Below the pieces are notes generated by a model. It was not told the origin of the DNA. It worked only from the letters and a program-made list of their open reading frames with translations, and searched no databases. From NCBI GenBank assembly GCA_002269645.1, contig NIVC01001347.1, forward strand, positions 1 to 64,000: a DNA stretch of 64,000 bases, in the 5' to 3' direction. Shown here one piece after another: positions 25,917 to 39,350 of this stretch (positions within the stretch are counted from its first letter, which is position 1; every line of letters starts with the position of its first letter). Source of the DNA: Macrostomum lignano (lineage: Eukaryota). A program made the position numbers and the translations under genes.

Positions 25917-26740
25917 CTAGCAATCTTCGCCCCCCCCCCGTTGGGGGACATCTAGATAGAATCTCTGTTCTCTACAAGTAACAAAAAGACAGCCAAATAA
26001 AGCCTTCACAAAGATGACAGACAAACTGCTCAAATAAAGTGTAATGCAAAAAGAAATCATCCCAAGACAGCAAGCATCCCCCAGATAGCAAGCATCCCCC
26101 AGATTGCAAGCATCCACCAGATAGCAAGCATCCCCCAGATTGCAAGCATCCCCCAGATAGCAAGCATCCCCCAGATAGGAAGCACCCCCCCCTCCCGGAT
26201 AGCAAGCATCCCCCAGATAGCAAGCATCCCCCAGATAGCAGGCATCCCCAAATAGCAAGCATCCACCATACAATAAGTAGCTAGTGCTACAATTTCCTTA
26301 GCTCTATAGTGGCTCCTTTAAAATTAGCATAATGCTTACTTTTACGTTTGAAATTGTGTAAATTTTATGTTTGACATGGTGTCTGTTTATCGTTTGACAT
26401 AGTGGCTCTTTTTATGTTTGACATGGTGGTTCTTTTATGTTCAAGATGGTGGCTCTTTTATGCTTGACATGGTGGCTCTTTACTGTTTGACATGGAGTCA
26501 CATATATGTTTGACATGGTGGCTCTTTTATGTTTGACATGGTGGCTGTTTTATGTTTGACATGGTGGCTGTTTTATGTTTGACATGGTGGCTCTTTAATG
26601 TTTGACATGGTGGCTCTTTAATGTTTGACATGATGGCTCTTTTATGTTTGACATTGTGGCTCTTTTATGTTTGACATGGTGGCTCTTTAAATGTTTGACA
26701 TGGTGGCTGTTTTATGTTTGACATGGTGGCTCTTTTAAAA
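25917..26740 (-). mobile_element. Non-autonomous Helitron-like element (3' part) carrying 18-bp and ~22-bp minisatellites, copy A
   Basis: The minus strand ends CCCCC-AAC-GGGGG...AAGATTGCTAG followed by T (hairpin plus CTAG terminus). Contains GATAGCAAGCATCCCCCA repeats (26060-26270) and ATGTTTGACATGGTGGCTCTTT repeats (26365-26735). Inverted homolog of 37180-38266. Confidence 0.6.
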
Positions 26741-26899
26741 ACACAAACAAACACAACACAACACAAGACACAACAAATTATTGTTACGATGCTTCACTTT
26801 TCAACTCAATCAACAATGTCTTCAATGTCTTTCGTGGCAATGCAGTGGGGTATGTATCGAAGGCTCTCACAATGCCAGGCTTTGCAGTGAGGCAGCTGC

Positions 26900-27060
26900 T
26901 ATACTGACCTCCAGTTCATGCTCAAGAAACAGAGAATAAGGTGATAAAGGCTTGAACTCTTGCTCTACCTCCATGGCTGCTGGATTCCAATGGGCATGAG
27001 CATTGTCAAATAGAAGGCAGAACAGCTCATCAACCAATGCAGACAGTTTAGCTATGAACT
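26900..27060 (-). pseudogene. Short IS630/Tc1-like DDE transposase remnant
   Basis: The minus strand reads CLLFDNAHAH...EFKPLSPYSLFL, resembling DNA.IH...LPPYSPFLNPIE; no long ORF. Confidence 0.4.
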
Positions 27061-28769
27061 CTGCAAGCCATGAACTCTGCCGCCATTATGACTAAATAAA
27101 ATTCACTTTGACTAAAATCAAGTCATGGAAGGTTTTAAATACAAGTAATGACTAAATTAACTTCACTTATGTCCAAAAAAATTCTTAAAAGGTATAATAA
27201 CTAAGATGTTAACCATATTTATTTGTTAACCAATTAAGCCCATAGCTTATCTTGAGTTATTTGCCTGCGGGGCATAAAACAGCCATAAAGTTCTCATTTC
27301 AAAGAAAGCTCTAAAACTTCAACATTCTGTAATATATAAATTATGGTGGTGGAAGTGCTTTTCTACTGAAAGTAATCAGCAAAGCATTACAATGCACATT
27401 GACTTCAGTGTCTCAGGACCCAATTTGAATGACTATGCCTATTAAAAAAACAATCAATTACAATCATGACTACCCTCCCCCAGAATTGAGGACCCTTGCA
27501 GCCATAGTAAAACAGGATAATTGTCTGTATCTTTGTTGAGATTTGTCTAAACAATTATTCTAGAATTATTTGTGCAAACTCAATGCCAATGGAAATTCAA
27601 ATTATCATACTGTCCCATTTTGTGTCAGCAATCGACAACCACCAGAAAAAAAATCTTTTCTCTGCCCCCACCTCACTTGTTTAGATGTCATAAAAAGAAA
27701 AAGCCTAGAATACTTTTTAATTAGGGATAAAAGCAAAATAATGTGGCAGCCAGATTGTACTAGTGCTGCTAGTCGCATATAGTCTGGCTGTCACAATAAA
27801 CAATAAGTAGGGCAAAGGGCCCAATTGCCAAATGGATATAAGAAAAGAAGGCTAAAGAAAAGAAGACTAAGAAAGAGGCAAGATTGAAGAACCAACCATA
27901 AAGCAGGAAGAAATAGATAAGAATAATAAGATTAAACTAGACAAAAAGAAGAAAAAAACAAAATAAACACAAATGCAAATAAACTATAAAACTTAGAAAG
28001 TCATGACAAGAAATTAAAAATATTGATTTAAATGTTGATTTTGATTTCTTAAAAAAATTGCCAAGTTATTTGTTTTTTTAAATCTGCTTTGATTTAAATC
28101 TAATGCATTTATTGATTATTTAAATGCATAATAGACTTAATGTCTCTTTTTAGACCTAGTCTTAAGTTTGTTTTCTCAAAACATAGGTCTGGAAGTTTTT
28201 TTATAAAAAAATAATTCTTATTTTACCCAGAATAGCCAATATTGATACTTTAGAAGATATCATTTATGACAGATTTTTCTTATATGCATTTGGCTTAGTA
28301 AGCATTTTTTGCATTAGGTTCTGGCATGTCTTTTACACTTATTGCAAGACTAAATATGATCTAGAATATAGGCTTGATATTATCAAGGATACTACTTTAA
28401 TGCAGTTATTTAATAATGATTTAATTATTTAATAATACAAGGTCCTAAAAAGTATAATACTATATGCATAGCATGCATAAGGAAGTTAATGTTTTTTGAT
28501 ATGCACCTTATAGAAGTATGTGCTAAATTGTATGTGGGTATAACTTTTGTTCTCTGGTATCAATTTTAAAAATTCAAAAAGCAGTCTGTAGAAGAGATTT
28601 GCCGCTATCAGTTCATAAAATTTTAAATCACAGGAAGCTACAGAATGAGAGCTACAGTTAAAAGTATCGCTACTTTTTGGACACCCCTCGTATTACACAT
28701 CAGTCATCAGAAGCACTTGGCCTTATGCCATATAGTTTCAGTAAGTACTTGGTTAAAAAAAATTCTACA

Positions 28770-29135
28770 AGAAAGATTTTGCAAAAATCTTTCAAGCAAA
28801 CTTTGTCAGGGCAATTTGCAAGCAAACTTTGGCAAGTGAATTATTGCAAGTAATCATTATACAGGCAAAGTTTGGCAAGCAAATTTTGTCCAATAAACTT
28901 TAGCAAACACGCTACAACAAGCAAACTTTAGGCCTAGCAAGGCAATTTTTGCAGGCAAACTGCTATAAGCAAACTTTAGCAAGCAAATTTTAGCAAGCAA
29001 ATTTTCAATAAACAACATTTGGCAAGCAGACTTTAGCAAGTAAACCTTTTAAAGCAAAATTTATCAAGCAAAATTTGGAACACAAACATTGGCAAGCCTG
29101 GCAATACCTGGCAAAAATCCTTGGCAAGCAAACTT
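28770..29135. repeat. Degenerate tandem repeat built on GCAAGCAAA(C/T)TTT
   Basis: Recurrent imperfect ~18-20-bp units. Confidence 0.7.
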
Positions 29136-32100
29136 TATACTTTTCTTCTTGCCTACCTTGCAAACAACATTTTTCTCAATAAACCTAATATTAAATAAAT
29201 ATTACTAAGAATGACTATATATACCTTAATTATTCAACATTAATTATCAACCAATATAATACTTGAACTAGACTAAAAAAGAGAAAGTAGGTCTAGCCTT
29301 AGCTGCATAAAAATGTTTGCCAATATTGATGGCATATAGCAAATAGTAATAGGACTAAGCTATAAAAAACTATACTTGATTAAATTTTGGCTAGGCCTAT
29401 CTACCTATTCCCTTTTTATGTGACTTATCAATAACTAAGATTTAAATAAGTGAACATTTGAATTATAACTAGACTAGAATATAATTTAAAATGAAAAAAA
29501 TAAAATAAATTTGAGACATGCTAGCTGGTTTTTTTTAATGCAAAGTGTATATACACACCTTAAACTTTGAAATTGCTTTCTCAAATTAGATATAGGCACA
29601 ATATGCAACTTTGCATTTGTATATAGTCTTTTGCCAAAAAAACTTGCATGTTAGGCATAAGCTTTAAAGTCGAAACCTAATAATTAGGTAATGGTCCATT
29701 TTGGTGACAAACCATTCTAGCATCTAATAATAGCCATTTCAATAACAACTTGTTATAGCAACAACCTATTTGGCAACATTGTTGATATAGTCCATCAAAT
29801 ACCATCTAAATGAAGTGACAAACTTGCTATGCAAATACTATGATAGTTAAATTAAAAAAAGAAACATTTTATTAATATAGGGCCCTATATGATAATAACT
29901 TTTAGTGGTTCTTGACATTGTAACTTACTTTAGGTAATTGTTAACTATTATCTTGTAATTTAACAAATGTCTTCTACATGACCATAAAAATAGCCATTTT
30001 GCTTCCTACCTATGATGACTGTAAAAAAACAGTTTTGCTATTTATATGATTATGTTAAGTAAAGACCATAGGCCCGCATAATGTTTTATGCATTAACTAT
30101 AAAAATAACTGTTTTATTATTTATATGGTCACTGCAACAATAACAACAGTTAATTAATGATTATTAAGAATTACTGATAATTAAGAATTTATTGAAGATT
30201 TGTTACATAATTACACTTTGATTTGCTGCACTTTTTGTATACTGTGCCCATGATTTTTTGGCTTTGTTTTGACTCTATTTATAAATTATTACTTAATTAT
30301 ATTTTCTATATATGGCTTTGTTATATCTGCACTAATTTGTTGCAATTTTGGTTTGCTTTTCACAGTTGCTTCCTGTTCCTACTCTAATCAATAATAAAAT
30401 AAATTAAATAATATTTGCAAAATAAAGCTATATAACCTACCATGTTGCTGCTATGGATTTTTGGTCTATCGCTAAAAAGGTTGATGAACCAAAAGGTTGT
30501 CATTATAATGACTTGTTGCCTAAATGGATGTCACCAAAATGGTTTGTTGCCAAAATCGACTGGATTCAATGGCTGCCCAAGTGTAATTAATGACAATTTG
30601 GTTTGCTTAGACATAAAACTTAAACAGAGGCTTTTCTAAACAGAATCAATGAAAAAAATATTATAAGAGGCTAGAACTTGTTACCATTTCAATTTCAAAT
30701 TCTATTAGTATTAGGCCAATAATTTCTAGTGACATTTTGCATTATTTTATACTAAATAAAGGCTTCTTCAGCAAAATTTAGTAGGCCTAGCATAGATTAG
30801 GGCCTATATCAATATTGGAATTAAAGCTTAACTTAAGGTAAGGGGTTACACCGAATTTGTCAATACCTAATTCGTCAATAGACCTAAAATGTGAGAAATT
30901 GGAAGAAGTTGAATTCATCAACAGTTAAAACAAGCTGAGAGAATTTGTCAACAAAATGAGGCAGAATTACTAAAAGTTGTTTCGTATCTCAATAATGTAA
31001 ATTTCTTTTAAATTTAAAGATTTAGTATATAGAAAGATAGTATATTTGGAAGATTGAAGAGCCTTTGTACATCAGAATACACAAACCCAACTTGAATGTG
31101 CAACTAGCTGGCAATGGGGTGGAGCGTGAGCTAATTGAGTTCTGTGAGCAATGCCGTACCTATTTTTTCTCTCTCTCCCTTTAGTTTTGTACTAAGGCTC
31201 TTTTGAAGTTCTACCAGACTGTCTTTGACCCGCCTAAGGATTGTACAGTTTGTTGTTCTTAAATATATTGGCGTATTGAATTAAAGTGAAGTGAATTAGC
31301 TCTGACTCTGTTAAGACGAGCACTGCACTTCTACAGTTCTTTGGACCAAACAAAACAAAGGTAGGCCCTATTGTTTAGACTTCATATATCACTTCGTGAA
31401 TGTTATGCATGCAATAAAAAATTGTACATAGTTGAGTATCCAGATACATAATTGTATATTGTACAACGCACATGTACATGTATATCCAGAGTGGCAGATC
31501 GCCAACTTAAGGCGTAGTAAGTCTGTCTACAATACAAGCTATGCAACAAGATTTTACATGGGTCATGACTGTGAAAAAAAAATGAAGCAAAGGAACCTAG
31601 CACGAAAAACTATTGTAAAAATACGCCACGTGAGTTGCGACAACATATTACCAATTATAAGAGTATCATTTACTCAACATGCTCAATTGAGTCATTCATC
31701 TGCATTCAGCCGTCCTAAAATTAGATCGCAGCTAAAGGAAGAATCTTTCTAAGAAAGGAAAAAAAATATTACGAAATTCAAACTTAATTTGATTTAGAAA
31801 CAAAACTAGTAATCCTTAATGCTAAATCTGAAAGTTTTTAAATTTTTCGACTTTCAAGATAACAATTTTGACGAAATATTATGCTACTACTTTGATTATT
31901 GCATCGCATTAAGATAAAGCCAAGATCTTGCTAGGATTTTTTTACTGTTGCCTTTGACGGGTTTAGTGAAGTCTACGGGGTGAGGGTGTAGACCAGTTTA
32001 GCCAAACGGCCGTTCACTACTAGCCAAATCCTCATCACCAATAATGCTAACAATGCGTCAGAGGCCTATACTTGTACGTACTTGTACACGTAGCCATACT

Positions 32101-33194
32101 AATGCTTGATTTAATTTTTCCACCAGAAGTACATGGCAGGTTCTAAAAATTGTGTCAATTAGCTGAGTTGAAAGCAAATTGGTGGCGCCAGGGGTGTGGG
32201 GTCTGGTGACACACCCCCTTATCCAAGTACCACTGTAAAAAATCCAAGCATCAATGTGCATTCTCGTACGTTTTTAGCGCACATGCCTTGCTCTCCTAAT
32301 TCTAAAAATTCGCTGAGGGAGAGGCAACCTCACCGCGGGAGCTGCGCGCCGCCACTGGTTGAAGCTAGGTTGAAAGCCACTACATAAAGAGCTGAAATGA
32401 CTATATCCAAGGCCTACTAACAGATGCTAGTGGTACTAGTAAACGCCATTATAACAATTTAGCTATATAGCTACTTAAAAATAACAGAGGCCAGGCGGCC
32501 CATGCCAGGGCTGCCATGTTTGTAATGTTTATCGTTTGCATTCTGCGAAATATGCGTTTATCTATTTTCCGTGCTTAAAATGGTTTGACCAACTTGAGAG
32601 TCCTTTTTTGGTGTTCTTCAGTCAGTCAGTATTTTATAACCTATGGCTAGTTAATTTTCATGCAATATATATAGTATTACATTGCAATTTTTAGAGCCTT
32701 ATCGACAAGCATACAAACCTTAGAGATTTAGTATATTAAGATTGTATTATTATATATATATATATATATTGTAATAACAATGACAATAAATCGTGTTTGT
32801 TTTAAGTTTCTGAGCCAAAATCTTAGCTTTTTTCATTATTATCCAAGCCTTTCCCTACTAGGCCTAAATCAGGAAGTTGGCAAAGTCTATATAGCCAGCC
32901 TAGGCAGGTAGTATAGGCCTAATAATTGTGCACTGTTTGTCTTGTTTGTCTTCGATTTTACTGTCTAGCTAAGTTTTTCAAATTTGCTTTAAAACAATAA
33001 TTCACTTAAGCAATCATGTAATTGGGCCCACTTTTTATGAAAAAATTAAAATAAGAATAGGCCTAAATCTATATAAAAAACAATGTTTTTAAATTTAACC
33101 AGTTTAGTTCAACCATTTAAGCCTCTTTTTTGGGCATTTGGCCAATGTATTAATGTAGAATTACAATAGGCCTAAAGCTAAGCCTAGAAAGTTT

Positions 33195-33385
33195 TATAAC
33201 CCATTACATGCATACATGATACATGCACAACAGTTGGCCAAGTTGGCCGATATGGCCAACCAATTTGTCAGCCAACCAATGCAAGTAGCAAAAATGCCCA
33301 TCTAAATAAATATCCAAGTAATACTAAGTGAGACTAAGTAAATGATGAGGCATTTTGCCTTAATAACATAGTCATCATTATTCCT
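33195..33385 (+). mobile_element. Left half of a decayed copy of the MITE at 44803-45111
   Basis: Aligns with 44803-44965; the differences are mainly CpG>TpG/CpA. Confidence 0.8.
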
Positions 33386-33536
33386 AGTCCTACTGTCTGG
33401 GTTTTTTGTGCGAATGAGTGCAAATAGCATCTTGGTCTTAAAAATTGCACCCTAAAATTTTACTCAGGATGTAAAAAGTGCACTAGATTTTTTTGCAAGG
33501 ATGTGATATAGATTTTACAATTTAGTGTTATGGACA

Positions 33537-34250
33537 TCTATACCTATAAAAATGAAAACTCTGTGTGTCTGTGGACAATTTTGATCGCTATGGACTCCCA
33601 AACCGCTCAACCAAATGACACCAAACTTTACACCCACCCTAAACTTACTACGGAGAATGTCTTAGGCTACCTTTAAATTTCCTAGACTCAAGTCTTCCTA
33701 CCTAAAAGTACAAAAAACTGCTCAAAATGCGCGATTTTTTCACTAAATCCCCCATAGCGCCGCTCCACTTCTACCGATTCTCTTCAAATTTGACACAGAT
33801 AATCTTAAACTATTTTGACACAATCATGTAAAATTTCAAGTCTCAAAGTTAATCCTGAAAGCCGCTGTGCACTTTTAAAGTTAGGCTGTTTTTTTCAGCG
33901 AGGCAGCCACCCCAACCTCCACCCGCCTGCCTTTCTTTCCCGATCTGGGCAAAGGGTGTGAATAGGTTTTAAAATGCCTAACTTTCGGCTGCCATAGTTT
34001 TGCTCCACGTGAAGCGATTGACTTCACATTTGACACTATTCTTTATTGACTCATTATCTGCCTACATGTAAAGTCTCAACTCTGTATCTCAATCCGGACG
34101 GAAACTGTAAGCATGTGAATTTTGTCTGCTTTTTCTGTTGTTTGTGCCACTCACTCACTCATTCCCCCAGCCTAGACAAAGGGTCAGGCGATAGGGCTCA
34201 ATGTACATAGCGAATGTACAGTGTTTTGGAATAACTTTTTAATAGCCTTC
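33537..34250 (+). mobile_element. Non-autonomous Helitron/DINE-like element (5' end; 3' end not defined)
   Basis: A|TCTATACCTATAAAAATG start, a TGTGTGTCTGT microsatellite, then AAACCGCTCAACC...ACCAAACTT core-like motifs repeated internally. Same architecture as at 38267. Confidence 0.45.
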
Positions 34251-34719
34251 TCCGCACCCCGCGCGTGGAGAGGCTACGTTTAGCCATGACAGTTTAGCGA
34301 GAGATTCAAACCAGTGTCCTCTGTATAGACAAGTCTGCAGCAGTTTAACAGTGGATGGCAAATCAAGGCGATATGGGATGGTTTGTAAAAGCGAAAAATT
34401 TATAACTGATTAGTAGTGATTACAATGCAATCCTACTAAATTAGTTACACCATGAAAATTTTAACATTAAGATTCGCATAAAGTACTTTAAAATTTAAAT
34501 GGCTCCTAAGAAATACGTATTTCCTTGGTTGTTAGACTGCTGCAGACTGTGGTGGTGGAGCTGGGCTGGAAGGAGATACACAAATTCCTCTCAGGGCTGC
34601 TAATTGGCCAGAAATATGTGATTAAAGCATAACAACCATGAGAGTACTACGTCCCACAAACGCTTTCGAAGTGGGGATTGGCAGACTTTAACCTCAAATG
34701 CCAGATAAAGAATGCAGCT

Positions 34720-36030
34720 CATGGCTGATGAGATGAGAGTTAAAAGGAGAAGCAATAGACTACAAGAAGAGAGGAGAAGCGAGAGGAGGATAAGAGAAAA
34801 GATAGAAGACAAGAAGAGAGATTATGGGGTAAGGATAAGGAGTGAGCAGATAATATTGGAGTAAGAAGCGAGAGGAGAAGAGAGAGAAGAGAGAGGAAAG
34901 AGTAGAAGTGAGAAGAGGGAGAGAGAAGATGGGAGAGATGAGACAGGATCGATGACAGAGGAGAGTAGACAAGAGTGAGAAGAGAGTAGAGATGAGAGAT
35001 GAAGGAGGAGAGAGCAGAGTGCAGAAAGGCGAGAGAAGAGAATAGAGGGGAGAGAGTATAGTAGAGAGAAGAGGAGTAAGGAAAGAGAGGAATCAGAAGA
35101 GGGTAAAGAGAAGAGTACACTGAAAATTGGAGAGTACAGATGACAGAAAAGAGAGGGGATGAGAGCGAACACAATATCTGAGAGGAAAGAGGAGAGAGGA
35201 GTCAGATGAGGGGAAAGAGAAGAGTACAGAGGAGAGAGGTGAGAACATACGAGTATACGAGAGTAAAGATGACAGATGAGAGAGGGAAGATAAGACTGAG
35301 AGAGCAAAGACAAGAGATGGGAGAGTAGAGAAAAAGGATAGATAAGAAATAAGAGATGAGAGATGAAAGGTGAGACAAAGGGAGAGAGAGAGAGAGAGAG
35401 AAGTGAGTGAAGAAAGAGGCGGGGAGGGGAGAGAATCGAGAGGACAGGGGAAAGAGGGGAAAGGATGAGAGAAGGAGAGATAGAGGTAGAGAGCATGCAG
35501 AGAGAAATGAGAAGAGATAAGAGAGAAAAGATAAAAGAAGAGAAAGGAGAGATAGATAAGAGAGCAAAGACGAGAGAGGAGAGGCGAAGGAAGAGACGAT
35601 AGAAGAGAGGAGAGGAGAGGAGAGAGACGAGAGAGTACAGAGTACAGAAGAGGGAGGAGAGGAGAAAGGAGAGAGGAGAAGTGTTCGGAGAGGGTAGAGT
35701 AAAGAGTGAGAAGAGGGGAGAGGGTAGAGAGAATAGAGAGCAGAGAGAAGAGAGTAGAGAGCAGAGAGAAAATAGAGTAGAGAGGAGAGAGAAAAGAGAG
35801 TAGAGAGCAGAGGGAAGATAGAATAGAGAGCAGAGAGAAATAGGAAGAGATGAAACAGGAGAAAGGGAGAGATAAGAGAGCAGAGAGGAGAGGAGAGGAG
35901 AGAAATTATTAAGAGGGAGTAGACAAAAGAAGAGGGGATAGAAGAGAGAGAGAAGAGACCACAGACCAGAGAGAAGAGAGAAAACAGAAGAAAAGGTAAA
36001 GATAGAAGTTTCTAAGGATCCAACTTCCAA
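34720..36030 (+). repeat. ~1.3-kb GA-rich polypurine low-complexity tract
   Basis: The plus strand is almost entirely A/G (AGAG, GAGGA, GAAGA words) with no fixed period. Confidence 0.95.
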
Positions 36031-36984
36031 GGGACACAAGGAGAGGCAGAGGCCATGAGTTTGCCTGACATTCTGTGCAGCACCCCAACCAACAATATTA
36101 ATGTTTGCTTTAAATACTAATTGTACACGAATGTACTCTATTTTATGTTTAACTCTATCCTAAATTCCTAACTATTAACAAGTTTTTGTTTGTGTATGGC
36201 CTTAGATTTCAGAATACATGCAAAAGTAGTTCCGGGTATTGGAATTCCCCGGGTTCAAAATCCGCGGGTTTCAACAGCTTGTTGAGTATTATAAGGCCTA
36301 TGTTAGACCAGTTTTTGTCTGCAGCCATAGTCCGGAAGAGGCGTGGTACGCCAGATTAATCCGGCATACACTTGGTATACAATTTTTTACTTTTTGAAAT
36401 CTGGCATACTATCTGGCGTATAAAAATGCATATTCAAAAAGTAGCGTACATGTTCCTGCAGTTGTGGAATCAAATCAAATAGTCTAAGGAAATAGTGTGC
36501 ATGCAGTTAATAAAATCACGTGGAAGAGTTTGTGAAAAGTGAATAAAAAACATGAAACAATTTTATTTTTAAGCAATTTTAAGCTTCTAGGTTTTTAAAG
36601 CTTGTAATAAAAAATTAAACAAATCTTTGTGTGTATTAAGTTTCCGCTATAAATAAAATCAGCAAAAAAGCAAAAGTATTAACCAAATTATCAGCTAAAA
36701 AAATTATTTTATGCAATTTAAAAACAAAATAATTTTTTGTCGCAATGTAAAAAAGGTCATTTATTGTCGCAACACCGGCATAGTTTTGAAAGTGGGCGTG
36801 CACTTAAAATTTGGCGTACACTGGTGTACCAAAAAAATTGTGAAAGATTTTAGTCTAGTATACATTTAGGGTGTTCCGAACTATGGGTCTGCAGCAGTGT
36901 AACGCATCCTGGTCTTGAAAATTGCACCCTGAAATCTATCATAGGGTACAAAGTTGCACCCAAGTTATAGACAAAAAAACCCAG

Positions 36985-37131
36985 CCTGCCATTTACCCAA
37001 AGTTGCCTTAGGTTTGCTTAGGGTATTTTACATGTAAGGCACATTTTTGGCCAAAAACTACATCGCATTTTTGTTAAAACTAAGTCACATGGCCAACCAA
37101 ATTTTGGAAGTTGCACATATATGATTGTATG
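36985..37131 (+). mobile_element. Right half of the decayed MITE copy, separated from its left half by ~3.6 kb
   Basis: Aligns with 44964-45111 (CCTGCC.TTTACCCAAA...GGCCAAAAACTAC...GTTGC.CAT). Confidence 0.8.
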
Positions 37132-37179
37132 GCTTTATTCAAAAAGGTATATATTATAGTAGAAACATGTCATATCAAA

Positions 37180-38266
37180 TCAACATATCATGTTAAACAT
37201 TAAACATATAAAAGACACCATGTCATACAAAAGGGAGCCACTATGTCAAACATAAAAGAGATACCACGTCAAACATAAAAGAGCCACCATGTCAACATTA
37301 AAAAGCTACCATGTCAAAAATAGAAGAGCCACCATTTCAAACATAAAAAAAGCCACTATTTCAAACATAAAAAAGTGTCATGCCAAACAAAATAGAGCCA
37401 CTATAAAGCTAAAGAAATTGTTGCACTAGCTACTTATTCTCTAGCAGATGCTTGCTATTTAAGGATAAATACTTGCTATCAGAGGGATGCTTGCTATCTG
37501 AGGGATGTTTACTACTGGGATTACTTGCTATTGGGAGATGCTTGCTCTTGGGGGTGGATGGTAAGCCTTATTTGCTATCTGAAAGGGGGTTGCTAGATAT
37601 CTATAAGGTCTCTTTTTATCCAGGTTATGTTTGCTATCTGGGGTTGCTTGCTATCTGGGGAATGCTTGCTATTTGGGGTTGCTTGCTATCTAGGGGATGC
37701 TTGCTATTTGGGATTTGCTTGCTATCTAGAGGATGCTTGTAATCTGGGGATGCTTGCTATCTGGGGTTTGGGGGGTATAAAACTTGCTATTTTGAAGGTT
37801 CATTCAATAAATTGAGTCTTCATAGTAAGTGACTATTTTTTGGCTACTAGCCAAATGAACAAAAGCAACCAGCAAGTGCACTTTCCCTGGAGAGACTGAT
37901 GATTATATATTGCAATACTTTAACCAAAAAAAATCAATTTTTTTCAATAAATAGGATGGGTGCTGCTGAACATTAATAAATGGGATCTAGGGCTGAAACA
38001 TACGTATTCCAAAATTTTCAGATATGAAAAGTATGCGTAGGTGAATGAAAGTACATGTAAGCCATCTCCTAAGCACTTGCTAGCTTGGGGATACTTGCTA
38101 TCTGGGGTTGCTTACTATCTGGGGGATGTTTGCTGTCCTGGGATGTTTTGTTTTTTAGAGAGAATGTCTGTTGCTTTTTATGAAAGCTTTTTCACTGTTT
38201 ATTTGTTACTTGTAAAGAACAAAGATTCTATCCAGATGTCCCCCATCGGGGGGTAAAGATTGCTAG
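37180..38266 (+). mobile_element. Non-autonomous Helitron-like element, copy B (inverted relative to copy A)
   Basis: Same order of ~22-bp repeats, spacer, 18-bp repeats and unique tail as copy A. Ends CCCC-ATC-GGGG..TAAAGATTGCTAG|T. Confidence 0.6.
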
Positions 38267-38789
38267 TCTATATATTAAAAATGGTTTGTTTGTTTGTACA
38301 AAATCAATTATCTCCCAAAAGGCTTGACCAATTTCTTCGAACTTGCACTGTTCAATCAGAATTTTTTTTGTGATGGTACATGCATCATGGCCAAGAAATT
38401 ACTCCATGTTAAAAGGATTAAATATTTAAAAAAACATGCTTTCTTGCAAAGGTCAAGCAGCTCTTTCAACTTGAAATGCATTGTAAGGATGCTAGAAAGA
38501 AAACTGACTAGTTAAATTCTGATTCTTAAATAGATTGCATCATACCAGGCTTTTTATTTATTCAGTCTGTGTACTGGCTAAATTTTGACACTGAATTGAA
38601 TTGCATCATAGTATTGAAAATGCAATGTGGAAGCATAGTACAATACTTGATTTATATTGCAAAACCACAATGCTAACTTTGTTAGAGACTGGTACTGACT
38701 TGCCTAAGAAATTGATTATGTCATAACTGCTTTGTGTGACTTACTCAATTGACTTGTGAGTGTTGAAATATAAATGCTACTGTCACCAA

Positions 38790-39120
38790 GGATTATTGCA
38801 CTTGATAAACCAAAGATTACTGCGCTTGATAAACCAAGGATTACTGCACTTGATAAACCAAGACTTACTGCACTTGATAAACCAATGATTACTGCACTTG
38901 ATAAACCAATGATTATTGCACTTGATAAGCCAAAGATTACTGTACTTGATAAACCAAGACTTACTGCACTTGATAAACCGATGATTATTGCACTTGATAA
39001 ACCAAGGATTACTGCACTTGATAAACCAAGACTTACTGCACTTGATAAACCAATGATTATTACGCTTGATAAACCAATGATTTATTGCACTTGATAAACC
39101 AAGGATTTCTGCACTTGATA
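38790..39120. repeat. 24-bp minisatellite (CACTTGATAAACCAAGGATTACTG), ~14 copies
   Basis: Direct tandem copies; 8-aa periodic ORF. Confidence 0.95.
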
Positions 39121-39129
39121 ATATCTAGG

Positions 39130-39350
39130 GGGGTGCTTACTATGTGCAGGATACTTGCTATCTGGGTGGATGCTACTACAATATTTGGGGGATGCTTGCT
39201 ATCTACAGGATGCTTACTGTTTAGGTGGATGCTTGCTATCTGCAGGATGCTTACTGTCTAGGTGGATGCTTGCTATCTAGGTAGATACTTGCTATCTGGG
39301 TGGATGCTTGCTATCTGGGTGGATGCTTACTATCTAGGTAGATGCTTGCT
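39130..39350. repeat. Further block of the 18-bp GGATGCTTGCTATCTGGG family (another block at 40770-40992)
   Basis: Same unit as in the Helitron-like copies A and B. Confidence 0.8.

Noticed and set aside
34600-36039. 405-aa Leu/Ser-rich hydrophobic ORF and overlapping ORFs
   Set aside because: Artefacts of the CT-rich strand of the purine tract.
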